A stretch of DNA of 64,000 nt from an uncultured Methanomicrobiales archaeon (GTDB lineage: Archaea > Halobacteriota > Methanomicrobia > Methanomicrobiales > Methanospirillaceae). A program made the translations under genes and the position numbers. Below the pieces are notes generated by a model that made no database searches, was not told where the DNA came from, and saw only the letters and a list, made by a program, of their open reading frames with translations. This document shows, one piece after another, positions 1 through 11,407 of the stretch (position 1 is its first letter; each line of letters opens with the position of its first letter). The stretch covers positions 1,856,001 to 1,920,000 of the forward strand of contig OY969100.1 of the NCBI GenBank assembly GCA_963697895.1, written 5' to 3'.

Positions 1-366
1 TGACGAACTATCCGGTTATTTCCTTCTGGTAGGTGCATCCATCCATCCCTGTGCCCCGGTTATTCCCATTTCCCGACGATTTCGGCCCTGCTTCGTTCTT
101 TTCACATTGATTGGCGCGGGTTTGCTGAAGTTCACTCCTGCTCTGCCATTCCGTACAAAACTCTCTGTACTCTCTATCTAGTGCTCTGGAGCTGTAACGA
201 TAAAGGTATCCAAACCGGCGTCTTTCTAAAAGTCAGAGCGCCTCGTTGGGGGCGTTCCCGGAGACAAAGCAGACTGTTTCAGGGTAAATCCGGGCTCCTG
301 CCCGTGGGACAGGTGCAGGGGAAAAAAGAAAGATGCCCGGTTCTCCCGATCGAACCGGGTCGGATT

Positions 367-957
367 TCAGATCTTCAGTTGCGCGAGTGCATCATAGACC
401 ATTCTCCGGAATGTTCCCGGTTCCATTCCCGGGTAGTCCTTCTGTGCCCGTTCCGAATCAGGGGTCTTTCCCCATCCGTCGAGGCGGTCCAGGGTTGCCC
501 GTGCCGTATCGAGCACCCACTGGTCCCTGACGTCCCGCTCGACGACCGTGATCGATTCTGCACGGACGGAGACGAGGACGGCCCCGTCCGGCGTCTCATA
601 GAGCGTGGGTTTTCCGATAACCGCGACGAACGACGGGGGCTCGATACGCGCCATCTGCTGCATCGCCTCCGGCTGGTAACTCCCGGCCATGATGAAGAAC
701 GTACCGGTCGGGTCCGCCACCCGTGCGCGGTAGAATATGTTCTGGTCACCCTGTCGCTTCTTCTCGGTCATCGTCCCCACGATAAAGACCCGGTTACAGC
801 GCTCGCCGGTCGGAAGCATGACGAAACTCGGGCTTTTTTCATCGTCCCCCTCCTTGAACTGGACCCGGGTTTCCCGCAGTTCGGCGGCAAAGACCCGCCG
901 TGCCGGTTCACGCTCGAATGTCCCTTCCCGGCGGGGTGTCCCCTTCTGGCCGTTCAT
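367..957 (-). CDS. RPA-associated single OB-fold protein (RPA32-like subunit)
   Basis: EREPARRVFAAEL...GERCNRVFIVG...ARVADPTGTF signature; ATG at 957 overlaps the RPA stop (ATGA coupling). Confidence 0.8.
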   Translation of the reverse strand: MNGQKGTPRREGTFEREPARRVFAAELRETRVQFKEGDDEKSPSFVMLPTGERCNRVFIVGTMTEKKRQGDQNIFYRARVADPTGTFFIMAGSYQPEAMQQMARIEPPSFVAVIGKPTLYETPDGAVLVSVRAESITVVERDVRDQWVLDTARATLDRLDGWGKTPDSERAQKDYPGMEPGTFRRMVYDALAQLKI

Positions 958-2180
958 TCCGGCACCTCCCCCGCACGGTTCAGGAGCGCCGCATGCTCTG
1001 TGGTCTCGAAGCGATTGAATTCGCACCGGTTCGCAAGGATACGGCGATCGATCTCCCGTCCCTTGCACCGGAGATACCGGCCGAGGATCGTATCGCGGAC
1101 CTTGAGGAAGACCTCATCCATCCCGAGCGGGTTGTTCTCGGCAAGGCTGCGGGCCTGGTCGAGCGTCATCCCCGTCAACGTCTCGGTCACCTCCCGGGGG
1201 AGCAGGAGTTCCCATGTTCTGCTGCCATCGTCGAGCCACCCCTTGATACGGAGGTCGAAGGTGAATTCAGGCTGGATCTCGTGGACGGGGCAATAATTCT
1301 GACGGGAGAGTACCCGCCCGCATCCCTCCACCGGACAGCGCTTGATCAGGCCGGATCCGGGTGCGAGGTGCACGAATGCACCGGACACCTCGCGGTCTCC
1401 CGACGTGACCTGGATATCGCCTTCCCCGGGTATTACGGTGGCAGTATTCAGATTCAATGACAACCGTGCGTTGAATTCGTCAATGAGCGCATAATAGATC
1501 GAATAGACCGTATCGGGGAGGAGCCGTTCCTTTCCTTCCTCCTTCCAGATGACAAATTTAATCGTCCCGCTCTCGTCTGCGAGGAGACCTGCCTGGAGCA
1601 TGCGTTCATGCGTCACGTCCCATTCCTGGATCATCTTTGCGTGGACGGAACCAACACCCGGCGTCAGATCGGCGATCGGTGTCAGGCCCGGGATCAGGGC
1701 ACCTTCATGCACCACTTCCTGTATCGCGGTGCCCGAATGGATCTTCAGGTTCGGAATTCCGCGGAATTCGTCGACTACCGCCGATTCAAGCCGATACCAT
1801 TTCCCCTGAACCATCCGGGTGGCCTGAGCCTTGGCCCAGACGACGAACCGCATCGCGCCGGAGTCGTCTGCGATGATTCCCGTCTGTGCGATGGCCGGTG
1901 TCGGCGGCGTCGAGAGAGAGACCACTTTCCCCTCCACCGTCACCCATTCACCGGGAGCAACATCACGGAGCTGTTTCATCGCGGAGGAACCGGCACCAGG
2001 GCTGGTTATACCAAATTCCCGGCTTAGTTCAAGGAGAACTGCCCGTTCCGCTTCTGCCGGCGGCACGCCGAACTCCTCCACGAGCCTGCGGAGCTTTTCT
2101 TCGACCCTCTTTGGGTCGACGTTCTGTCCTTTCGCATTGATTTTTTGGGAGATTCTTGCTGCAACTTCGGAATAATCCAT
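954..2180 (-). CDS. rpa: Replication protein A (multi OB-fold, C-terminal zinc finger)
   Basis: Repeated OB motifs (GIIADDSGAMRFVVW, GLLADESGTIKFVIW) and CPVEGC..CPVH zinc finger. Confidence 0.9.
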   Translation of the reverse strand: MDYSEVAARISQKINAKGQNVDPKRVEEKLRRLVEEFGVPPAEAERAVLLELSREFGITSPGAGSSAMKQLRDVAPGEWVTVEGKVVSLSTPPTPAIAQTGIIADDSGAMRFVVWAKAQATRMVQGKWYRLESAVVDEFRGIPNLKIHSGTAIQEVVHEGALIPGLTPIADLTPGVGSVHAKMIQEWDVTHERMLQAGLLADESGTIKFVIWKEEGKERLLPDTVYSIYYALIDEFNARLSLNLNTATVIPGEGDIQVTSGDREVSGAFVHLAPGSGLIKRCPVEGCGRVLSRQNYCPVHEIQPEFTFDLRIKGWLDDGSRTWELLLPREVTETLTGMTLDQARSLAENNPLGMDEVFLKVRDTILGRYLRCKGREIDRRILANRCEFNRFETTEHAALLNRAGEVPE

Positions 2181-2311
2181 CTTTTACATCTCCAGAGATC
2201 AGTCGGGCAGTCTCACCATAAGAACCCTGAGGGGCGGGGGGTGAAACTGCGTCGCATCATACTGTTCGCACGTACGGTATTAAGTATCGGAAATTGTACA
2301 TAGTACCCCGT

Positions 2312-2506
2312 ATGGCAATCACAGCAGACAGCACGATCTACGACCTCCTTAAAGAAAAGCCCGAATCTACCGAGGTTTTATTTAAATTCGGGATGGGGTG
2401 CGTGGGGTGTGCGATCGCACGCGGAGAGACGATCCGGGAGGCTGCCCAGGCACACGGTATTCCGCTCGGAGAGCTCCTCTCGGCGCTGGGCATCAAGGAA
2501 TCATAA
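2312..2506 (+). CDS. DUF1858 small redox CxxC protein
   Basis: ITADSTIYDLL..PE..VLFKFGMGCVGCAIARGETI.EAA..HG motif. Confidence 0.8.
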   Translation: MAITADSTIYDLLKEKPESTEVLFKFGMGCVGCAIARGETIREAAQAHGIPLGELLSALGIKES

Positions 2507-3383
2507 TTTTTCCCTTCTTTTTTCGCGACTTCAGCTCTTTGAGGGACGCCTCCGGATTCTGCTTCAGGTAATCCGCAATCTCCGGCTCATGGAGGAGCGT
2601 GCAGCTGCTGCAGTTCCAGACCGGACCGTTCCGGGACCCGATCACCATCTGGCCGAGGGTCTCGTCCATGCAGGGATAAAACGGACAATAGCAGAAATCA
2701 CACCGCTGTCCTGGGAAATGACAGGGGTAGTACGGACAGGCCTCCGGAAGCCATTCCACCCAGTGGTCGCCTCTATACCGGCTGTACACAAAAAGGGCCG
2801 GGGAATCGCGGAGGATCGTTCCTTCATGTCGTTTTATCGCTTCGGGGACCCCGTAGAGAACAGCGGAATAGACCCGTCTCCCCGGCTCGGTAGCGGTTCC
2901 GGCATACGTGTGGGTGACCGCACCCTCCTGGACCACCACGACCGCATCGGTGGTCGTCCCGGTGAACGAATATCCCATCTGCTGAAGAGCACGGGTCTTT
3001 GCCTCCGTTGCAGCGATGATCAGTTCGAGCATCGCTCCCCCGGTCATCCCCTCTCCGGAATATATGGTGATGTTGATCGTCTGCGATCCCGCCGGATTCG
3101 GGTTGCTTACACCGGCGGTGACGAAGACCGTGATGAAATCGTACTGGAGCACGCAGAGGTGACGCATCTCCACCGCAGTCATCAGCCCGAAATAATCCGG
3201 GCCCATTCCGGCCCGGCTGACGATCTGATCGAGGTCCCGGACCGGATCTGCATGATCGTAGTCCACCGGCACGGTGTGGGAGACGACCGTGGAGACTTTC
3301 CTGATGCCTCCGGAAATGCCGGTGCTTGCGCCGGTAAAGAGCCCGCGGATGAAAAGGGTGTTTTTATCGAGATAATATCTCAT
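2493..3383 (-). CDS. cbiZ: Adenosylcobinamide amidohydrolase fused to a C-terminal Cys-rich domain
   Basis: GLMTAV, TAGVSN, TEAK, TGTTTDAV CbiZ motifs; C-terminal CPYYPCH..CDFCYCPFYPC..WNCSSC domain. Confidence 0.8.
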   Translation of the reverse strand: MRYYLDKNTLFIRGLFTGASTGISGGIRKVSTVVSHTVPVDYDHADPVRDLDQIVSRAGMGPDYFGLMTAVEMRHLCVLQYDFITVFVTAGVSNPNPAGSQTINITIYSGEGMTGGAMLELIIAATEAKTRALQQMGYSFTGTTTDAVVVVQEGAVTHTYAGTATEPGRRVYSAVLYGVPEAIKRHEGTILRDSPALFVYSRYRGDHWVEWLPEACPYYPCHFPGQRCDFCYCPFYPCMDETLGQMVIGSRNGPVWNCSSCTLLHEPEIADYLKQNPEASLKELKSRKKKGKIMIP

Positions 3384-3742
3384 GCGACCGTATACCTGAC
3401 CCGGTCCTTCAGCTCCTGCTGCTTTCCGGCGTTCCATCCGGAGACATCCTGCAGATAACCGGTAACCCGGCTGATCTGCACCACGTCGTGGGATCCGCAG
3501 AGCGGGCAGACCGGTGCCCCGCAGAGCGGACAGTACTCGATCCCGGACATGATCTCATGGGAACACGCACAATGGTCGAGCGGACACATAATCTGCAGGT
3601 GTTCCTCGCCGCATTTCGGGCAGGGAGTCTCCGGGACTATGAGGTGGCAGGTATAACACTTGTACCGTCTCTCGCCAACGGGAATATCTTCGAGCTTCCG
3701 GAACCGTTCCGCCAGTTTGCGTTGTTCTGCGCTCCATTCCAT
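3380..3742 (-). CDS. Small zinc-ribbon protein ending in a class III RNR (NrdD)-type glycyl-radical motif
   Basis: Several CxxC pairs then CPLCGSHDVVQISRVTGYLQDVSGWNAGKQQELKDR; only ~120 aa; start could be 3766. Confidence 0.75.
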   Translation of the reverse strand: MEWSAEQRKLAERFRKLEDIPVGERRYKCYTCHLIVPETPCPKCGEEHLQIMCPLDHCACSHEIMSGIEYCPLCGAPVCPLCGSHDVVQISRVTGYLQDVSGWNAGKQQELKDRVRYTVA

Positions 3743-3846
3743 ACTACTACATCGGGGGAGATCCATTTAAATCTTTAGCATTTGCGGGAATAATCTGCCT
3801 CAGTCGACTCATAGGGTTCATCACGACTTCAGTTCCCGATTTTTCA

Positions 3847-4482
3847 TCACCGGCAGATGCCCGCATACGTCTCGGCCGCAGCCCGGGGATCCGCGGCGTC
3901 ATAGATTGATCTTCCCACGATTATCCCGTCGACAAGACCCGCAAGAGCGATTGGATCTCCCCCCTGTACGCCGATTCCCGGCGCGTAGATCCTCCGTCGG
4001 CCGACGATATCCCGAAGGATCGCGACCCGTTCCGGCCGCGTCGCCGGTGCGATGATCCCGTCGGCGCCGCATTCCATCGCGATCTCCGCAATCCTGGCCG
4101 GAACATCCCCCCGGAAGAATTCGGTCGAGCCCGGATGGCTCATCTCCGCGACGACATAGCAGGCCCCCTCGTGCATATGTGCGGTCTCCACGCATACCCG
4201 GACAGTATCCCTCCCGGTGAAGCCGTGACAGATGATCGCCTCGTATCCCGCCCTGAATACCTCTTCTGCGATCAGCCTGCTGGTATTCGGGATATCCGCG
4301 ACCTTGAAATCGGCAATGAGAGGAACCCCTGTCTCCACGAGAGAATCTGCGATAGCGAGGCCAGCCGGGAGGACCAGGGGATATCCGATCTTGATTGCAT
4401 CCAGAAACGGGGCACATGCAGCGGCCACTTCGCCTGCACGAACCGGATCGGTCAGGTCCAGGGCGAGGATCAGTTCAGTCAC
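3847..4482 (-). CDS. pyrF: Orotidine 5'-phosphate decarboxylase
   Basis: LILALD, IADFKVADIPNT, PGIGVQGG, IIVGRSIY motifs. Confidence 0.95.
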   Translation of the reverse strand: MTELILALDLTDPVRAGEVAAACAPFLDAIKIGYPLVLPAGLAIADSLVETGVPLIADFKVADIPNTSRLIAEEVFRAGYEAIICHGFTGRDTVRVCVETAHMHEGACYVVAEMSHPGSTEFFRGDVPARIAEIAMECGADGIIAPATRPERVAILRDIVGRRRIYAPGIGVQGGDPIALAGLVDGIIVGRSIYDAADPRAAAETYAGICR

Positions 4483-5408
4483 GGTATAACCTCTCGTACA
4501 CGGCCGCTACGATGAGCGGAAAGGTGATGGTCGCATCCCCGTACACCGTCACCGCCTCTGCATCTTCGGTGATCTTTCCCCATGAGCGTGCCTCGTCGAG
4601 GCTCGCCCCGGAGAGTCCCCCCAGGTCCGGCCGGTCCCCGGTCAGCTGCACCGCGTAGCGGAACCCGTGCGGGGTCATCAGCATCCCCTGCAGGATAAAA
4701 TTTTTCGGCACTCCGCCGCCGATGAGCATCGCTCCGCTTCGTTCTGCAGAGAAACAGCGGTCGAGCAGGGGTTTCATGTCGAGAAAGGCATCGACCGTCA
4801 CCCGTGCGGTCTGCGAGAAGAGCCAGGTACTGGAGGCCTATCATGGAATCGGCAACGGCAGGGCAATACACGGGAATTCCCCGTTCGACCGCCGTTGCAA
4901 GGATGCCCCGGGGCAGATCCGCCCCGATCTCGGCGAGCACTTCACTGATGGAATACGTCCGCCGGGGTTCGAGCCCCGAAAAGATCCCCTGCATGAACTC
5001 TTCGAACCGGATAAAGGCTTCGTTCGGCAGAAATACATCATAGATGCGATTTATCTCATCGTGACGGAGTTCGATATCCGAACAGTCCGCCGTGCCGTGG
5101 TAATGGTGGCATCCGATCGCCTCGATGATGTCGTGGGTGAGATTCGCCCCGGTCGAGACCAGGATATCGATGTGCCCCCGCGAGATCAGGTCGGAGACGA
5201 TACCCCCCATGCCACCGGGAACCATCGCCCCGGCGAGGCCGAAGAATTTCACGGCCCGTTCGTCGCGGAGCTGCCGTTCATAGACCGATGCGGCCCGGGC
5301 AAGCGCACCGGCATTGTAGGCTCCGGCACTGCCCATTTCGGAGACGAGTTCTCCCACAGACATTCCCGGCCGGATGCAGATCTGCTTTACCGGTTCCCCG
5401 CATTCCAT
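4475..5408 (-). CDS. dys: Deoxyhypusine synthase (frameshift near 4826, probably a sequence error)
   Basis: STGANLTHD, RIYDV in the N-terminal ORF; GGGVPKN, GGLSGASLDEARSWGK in ORF 4475..4801; removing one base joins them; start could be 5444. Confidence 0.85.
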
Positions 5409-5789
5409 GCAGATGATGTGGGATTCCATGGATAATAGTTCCATCCCGAAAGATCCTTTTTACCTCTCCGGGCAGGCGATTCCCTTGTACGGGTTCTTCC
5501 CGAATGTATGTGGGCATCGTGTAGAACCGGGATCTGAACCCGAGGTATTTGAAAAAAAACTATCGGCGATCGTCCATTGCTGCCAGCGGTTTCGGCCCGT
5601 CCGGATGACAATGCAGTGTTCCACGGTTGCAATCGGGCTTTTCGCTCATCATTGACGAAATAAACCGGAGACGCGTGGGAAACTCAATCGATGGACCTCC
5701 GGAAAAAAGGAATTATTTCGGAATCAATCTCCGTGGATGTATCAGGGTCCTCATCGATCCGCATGGGCATATCGGATGTTCCGCCTCAT

Positions 5790-7067
5790 TCAGGTCTCTT
5801 TTACCCGGATTTCATCCGTCATCCCTTCCTGGTCATCCGCCGGTTGGGCGTCAGGAACGCCCCGGCAGAGCGGCCGGGCCAGATGACGCCGGGCGGAAGG
5901 CGGCACTTCATACCAGCCGGCAGCGACCGTCCGATCAGTCACCCTGGATTCCGGATCTGACGCACGGGCACCACACGACCGGCATTTGTATCCTTTCTCC
6001 CGCCCGGCACTGGTCATGCGTTTCCCGCAGATATGACAGAGAGGAGGCCTCCGGGTGGCCGGACTGATCAGCTCACGGATGCAGATCTTCTCGAGGTTGA
6101 TACTCCCCCCCTTGTAACTCCCGGCAACCGTCACCGAATCTCCCGGGATCAATCCCCGGACCGTGTTCCGGAAGCCCTTCGTGGGTTCATAGGCCATACA
6201 GCGGACGGCTCCCTGCAGATCCCCAAGCAGGAATGAGACGTGGCCGCCAAGACCGGTATCCGGCCCGGTTGCGACAATCCCGGTGAGCAGGTAGGAGCAC
6301 CCCTCTTTCAGGGTGCCCGTTTCGCCGGGGATGAGATGGGCATCCGTCCCCTGGTTGGTCACGAACAGTTCTTCGATCTCGGTTTCCTCGGTACAGATGA
6401 AGGAACGGGCATAAGAGACCCATCCCGGGGATTCCCCCCGGATACCGAAGAGGACCGGGTCGGGAGAGTGGGGGACGCATACCACCATCCCCGCGAGAAG
6501 GTCGACCGAGTCCCATGTATGGGGGAACGTCGCGGCTTCGGCATCGAAGAGGCTTCTCCGGTCGACCTGCCGGATCGATCCCCATGCCCCCGGCCTCCGG
6601 TACGCGAGGAGTTCATAGGTCCGGTCCGGAAGGTCGCTGCAGACGGCAGCGGTCGCACCGATCAACCCTCTCCGGTTTTTGTATCCCTTGTACAGCGCCC
6701 CACTCCGCTCCAGGAGATCGACCGCCTCCCCGATCTCACAAAAATCCGTGACTGCCTGACGGTAAAAGTCAGCCGGAGGCTTTTCCTGCACGAGGACCAC
6801 CCCGGGATTCGTATTTTCGCAGGAAAAATCGGCAAGCTCATCGACGGTGCAGCAGGCGACACGGAATGCTTCCTCCGGGTCTCCGCCGAGTTCGAGACAG
6901 ATGGCCGCATTCCCGCGGGTTTTGAACGTGACATTCGGGTTGAGGCGTACGATACGGGCTTCCCTGACCTGCATGTGCATCTGCCGGAGCCTTCGCATGA
7001 GCACCGCCCCGAGGTACGTGGTGCACATTCCGGCGGGAGAGTCCGTATCATCGATCCCGATGAGCAT
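5790..7067 (-). CDS. tiaS: tRNA(Ile2) agmatinylcytidine synthase
   Basis: IGIDDTDSPAGMCTTY, RLNPNV..KTRGNAA, TNQGTDAH, C-terminal zinc ribbon. Confidence 0.95.
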   Translation of the reverse strand: MLIGIDDTDSPAGMCTTYLGAVLMRRLRQMHMQVREARIVRLNPNVTFKTRGNAAICLELGGDPEEAFRVACCTVDELADFSCENTNPGVVLVQEKPPADFYRQAVTDFCEIGEAVDLLERSGALYKGYKNRRGLIGATAAVCSDLPDRTYELLAYRRPGAWGSIRQVDRRSLFDAEAATFPHTWDSVDLLAGMVVCVPHSPDPVLFGIRGESPGWVSYARSFICTEETEIEELFVTNQGTDAHLIPGETGTLKEGCSYLLTGIVATGPDTGLGGHVSFLLGDLQGAVRCMAYEPTKGFRNTVRGLIPGDSVTVAGSYKGGSINLEKICIRELISPATRRPPLCHICGKRMTSAGREKGYKCRSCGARASDPESRVTDRTVAAGWYEVPPSARRHLARPLCRGVPDAQPADDQEGMTDEIRVKET

Positions 7068-7115
7068 ACACCTCAGCTTTTATCTCCTCACCCACAATAT
7101 CCTTCGTTCAAGGCA

Positions 7116-8027
7116 ATGACACAGGACCGCCTCCTCCAGATGGTCGTCAGCGTGATGATCATGGCAGGGTTCCAGGTCTCCGACCGGTTCAGCATGAGAC
7201 CGCGGAGCTTCGACCTGATCGCACGACGAAAAGAGATGCTGTTCATCATCAAGGTCGTCTCTCACATCGACAGCGTGACCGAAGAGTCTGCCCACGACCT
7301 CGATCAGGTGTCAGGATACCTCCGGGGATCCCCGCTCATCATCGGGGAGAAGGCAAGAGACACGGAGCTCCACCGCGGTGCCGTGTACCTGCGGTACGGG
7401 ATATGTGCAGTCAGCGTGACGACCCTGCACGATTACCTGGTGGACGGAATCCCGCCACTGATCTACGCATCCCCCGGCGGGCTCTATGTCAACATCAACG
7501 GAGAAGCGCTCCGGGAACTGCGGGAACAGGCAAACCTCTCGCTCGGGGATCTCGGGCACCTCCTCGGGGTGTCCCGGCGCACGATCAGCAAATACGAGGG
7601 CGGCATGGGCACCACCCTGGAGATCGCCATGAAGATAGAGGAGCTCTTCGATGCCGGGCTCGTGCAGGCGATCGATCTCCTCGCCTATCAGTCACATTTC
7701 GCCCCGGACGCCGAATCCTCATCAGACACGCCGATCGGATTTCTCGAGCGGATTGGGATGCAGCTCCATACACTCCACCGGGCGCCGTTCCAGGCGCTCA
7801 TCACCTTTTCTGAGCACACCATCCTGACGGGTTATGGTACATCACAGAAGATGGTAAAGCGCGCTGCGGTCATCGGAAATATCTCCCAGGTGACCGGGAC
7901 GCACGCGATGTGCGTGCTGACCGATTACAGTCACGAGAAGAAGATCGGGAAGACGCTGGTCATCGGGGAGCGGCGTCTGAAGAAAATGGAAGATGGCGCA
8001 GAGCTGATCGACCTGATCGGCACTTGA
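7116..8027 (+). CDS. Conserved archaeal HTH transcriptional regulator (nuclease-like N-domain plus Cro/C1 HTH)
   Basis: [42 protein letters not shown]; usual neighbour of tiaS. Confidence 0.8.
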   Translation: MTQDRLLQMVVSVMIMAGFQVSDRFSMRPRSFDLIARRKEMLFIIKVVSHIDSVTEESAHDLDQVSGYLRGSPLIIGEKARDTELHRGAVYLRYGICAVSVTTLHDYLVDGIPPLIYASPGGLYVNINGEALRELREQANLSLGDLGHLLGVSRRTISKYEGGMGTTLEIAMKIEELFDAGLVQAIDLLAYQSHFAPDAESSSDTPIGFLERIGMQLHTLHRAPFQALITFSEHTILTGYGTSQKMVKRAAVIGNISQVTGTHAMCVLTDYSHEKKIGKTLVIGERRLKKMEDGAELIDLIGT

Positions 8028-8079
8028 AAATGTTTATATAGAACCACAAACCATTTTATCGCTACAAGTGGTGAAGATT

Positions 8080-9736
<1,657 letters not shown>

Positions 9737-9942
9737 CGCGCACCCGTTCAACCATCGATCATCTTTTTTTTTTCGGGCGCAATTGTCCTGTATACCCATA
9801 TGAAGCCAGGGATCTTTTCGTGCAACTCGCCTTTTAGAAAACCCTGATATAACCAATTTGTTCATGTGAAGGCTCCCGGTTCATTTGTCCGGACAGGGAA
9901 CATAACGGGGTTTCTTATAGCACCCGGATGTTACGTTCATGT

Positions 9943-10305
9943 ATGCAAGACCGTTTTGTCTTCACCAGATACCGGACCGTCTGCTATCACTGCGGTAAGG
10001 AGGCCGACCAGATCATCAAGGCGGTGCCCTATCAGGCACAGGTCATATGTGAGAACTGCGGTGCAACCCGGGTCTATGTCCCACGGATCGAAACAGTCGC
10101 AAAGGAAGGCAGTTACACTCCCATCAGCTGCTACGATATCTGGGAGCTGGAGGTTCCGGCCAGCTGCCGCAACTGCCGGGTTACGGGACCCCATAACATG
10201 GCCATCGGGTGTAACCACTTCACAGTCAGGTGCCGGAACTGCGGGTTTACCCATTTCTACAAGTTCGACCTGGAATACATGGGGCAGTGCCCGATAGAGG
10301 ATTAG
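9943..10305 (+). CDS. Hypothetical protein with duplicated zinc-ribbon domains
   Basis: CYHC..CENC and CRNC..CRNC halves with parallel spacing. Confidence 0.7.
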   Translation: MQDRFVFTRYRTVCYHCGKEADQIIKAVPYQAQVICENCGATRVYVPRIETVAKEGSYTPISCYDIWELEVPASCRNCRVTGPHNMAIGCNHFTVRCRNCGFTHFYKFDLEYMGQCPIED

Positions 10306-10637
10306 CCGATCTGGTGATCTCTCACTCCCTTTTCCATCGCAAAGTTGTTTCCTTTATCAGAAATCCGAAAAACAACAGTATCCAACGAGGAGGAGCCTCC
10401 GAAACTGATACCGTCCCCGCGATAGTTATTCGTATATCGACACAGACCCGTATCCTCGGGTGCGGACCGGTCCGCATCTCCTGAACCAAGGCTGGGAAGT
10501 CGACGAGCTGAACCCCGCCGCAGAAAGATAAAAAACCTGCTTTTCGAAAATGGGATACAGCCCCCATACCAGCTGGTGCAACCTGTTTCCCAAAGAACGA
10601 GCGTAACGGAAAAATCAGTGTGGCTCGAAAAAGGGAA

Positions 10638-10883
10638 TTACTTCTCTTCCCGCACCATCACGATCGCCTTCTTCGGGCACTCTTCCGCGCAGATACCGCA
10701 GCCCTTGCAGAAGTCGAGGTCAATCTCCAGGTCCTCGCTGATCGCGGCTTCGGGGCAGTACATCGCACAGAGCCCGCAGGCATTGCACTTCTCCCTGTCT
10801 ACCACGGGCCGGAAGACCCTCCATGACCCGGTCTTTCCGCAGGCCCCCTCTTTCGGTCTGCTCATCGCCAGCCGGTCCTTCAT
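10638..10883 (-). CDS. porD: 2-oxoacid:ferredoxin oxidoreductase delta subunit
   Basis: KTGSWR..RPVVD; two 4Fe-4S motifs (CNACGLC..CP, CKGCGIC..CP). Confidence 0.9.
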   Translation of the reverse strand: MKDRLAMSRPKEGACGKTGSWRVFRPVVDREKCNACGLCAMYCPEAAISEDLEIDLDFCKGCGICAEECPKKAIVMVREEK

Positions 10884-11407
10884 GCCTTCAGCTCCTTGTA
10901 GGCCTCTTCTGCAGCCTTCACATTCCTCTCGTCCGAGAACATCTCCGAGATGGCTGATATCGCGGACTTTGCGGTTACGATGCCCATCTTTGCCAGGGCC
11001 CCGATCACCGGTGTGTTCAGTATGGGACTTCCCGCGATGACCAGGTTCTGCCGCAGCGCGATCTCCGTAAGGTCCACCGCGTAGGTAGTATATCCCGGGA
11101 AAGACGGGAGATGGGAAGCGTTCACCAGGACCGTTCCGCCGGGTTTTAATCCCTGCAGGACGTCCACCACATCCATAACGCTCGGGTCGAGCACCACCAC
11201 GAGGTCCGGGTTCCGGATCTGGGAATACACCCGGATCGGGTGGTCGTCGATCCGCACGAAGGAGACCACCGGCGCCCCTCTCCGCTCCGCCCCGTAGAAG
11301 GGGCAGGCGGTGGCATACTTCCCGTCACGGAACGCCGCCAGCGCGAGCAGCCGGGCGGCGGTAACTCCGCCCTGCCCGCCCCGGGAATGGATCCGTATCT
11401 CGTACAT
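10880..11407 (-). CDS. porG: 2-oxoacid:ferredoxin oxidoreductase gamma subunit
   Basis: EIRIHSRGGQGGVTA, YGAERRGAPV. Confidence 0.9.
   Translation of the reverse strand: MYEIRIHSRGGQGGVTAARLLALAAFRDGKYATACPFYGAERRGAPVVSFVRIDDHPIRVYSQIRNPDLVVVLDPSVMDVVDVLQGLKPGGTVLVNASHLPSFPGYTTYAVDLTEIALRQNLVIAGSPILNTPVIGALAKMGIVTAKSAISAISEMFSDERNVKAAEEAYKELKA

Noticed and set aside
160-330. Possible replication-origin ORB boxes downstream of the RPA genes (GTTCCCGGAGAC, GTTTCAGGGTAAA, G-run at ~318)
   Set aside because: Matches to the ORB consensus are weak, there is no clear AT-rich unwinding element, and no cdc6/orc1 is visible in the window.
5278-5790. Short ORFs between dys and tiaS
   Set aside because: No recognisable motifs, and several conflicting frames.
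6240-7115. Long N-terminal extension of the HTH regulator ORF (595 aa)
   Set aside because: It is antisense to tiaS; the family match begins at MTQDR (7116).
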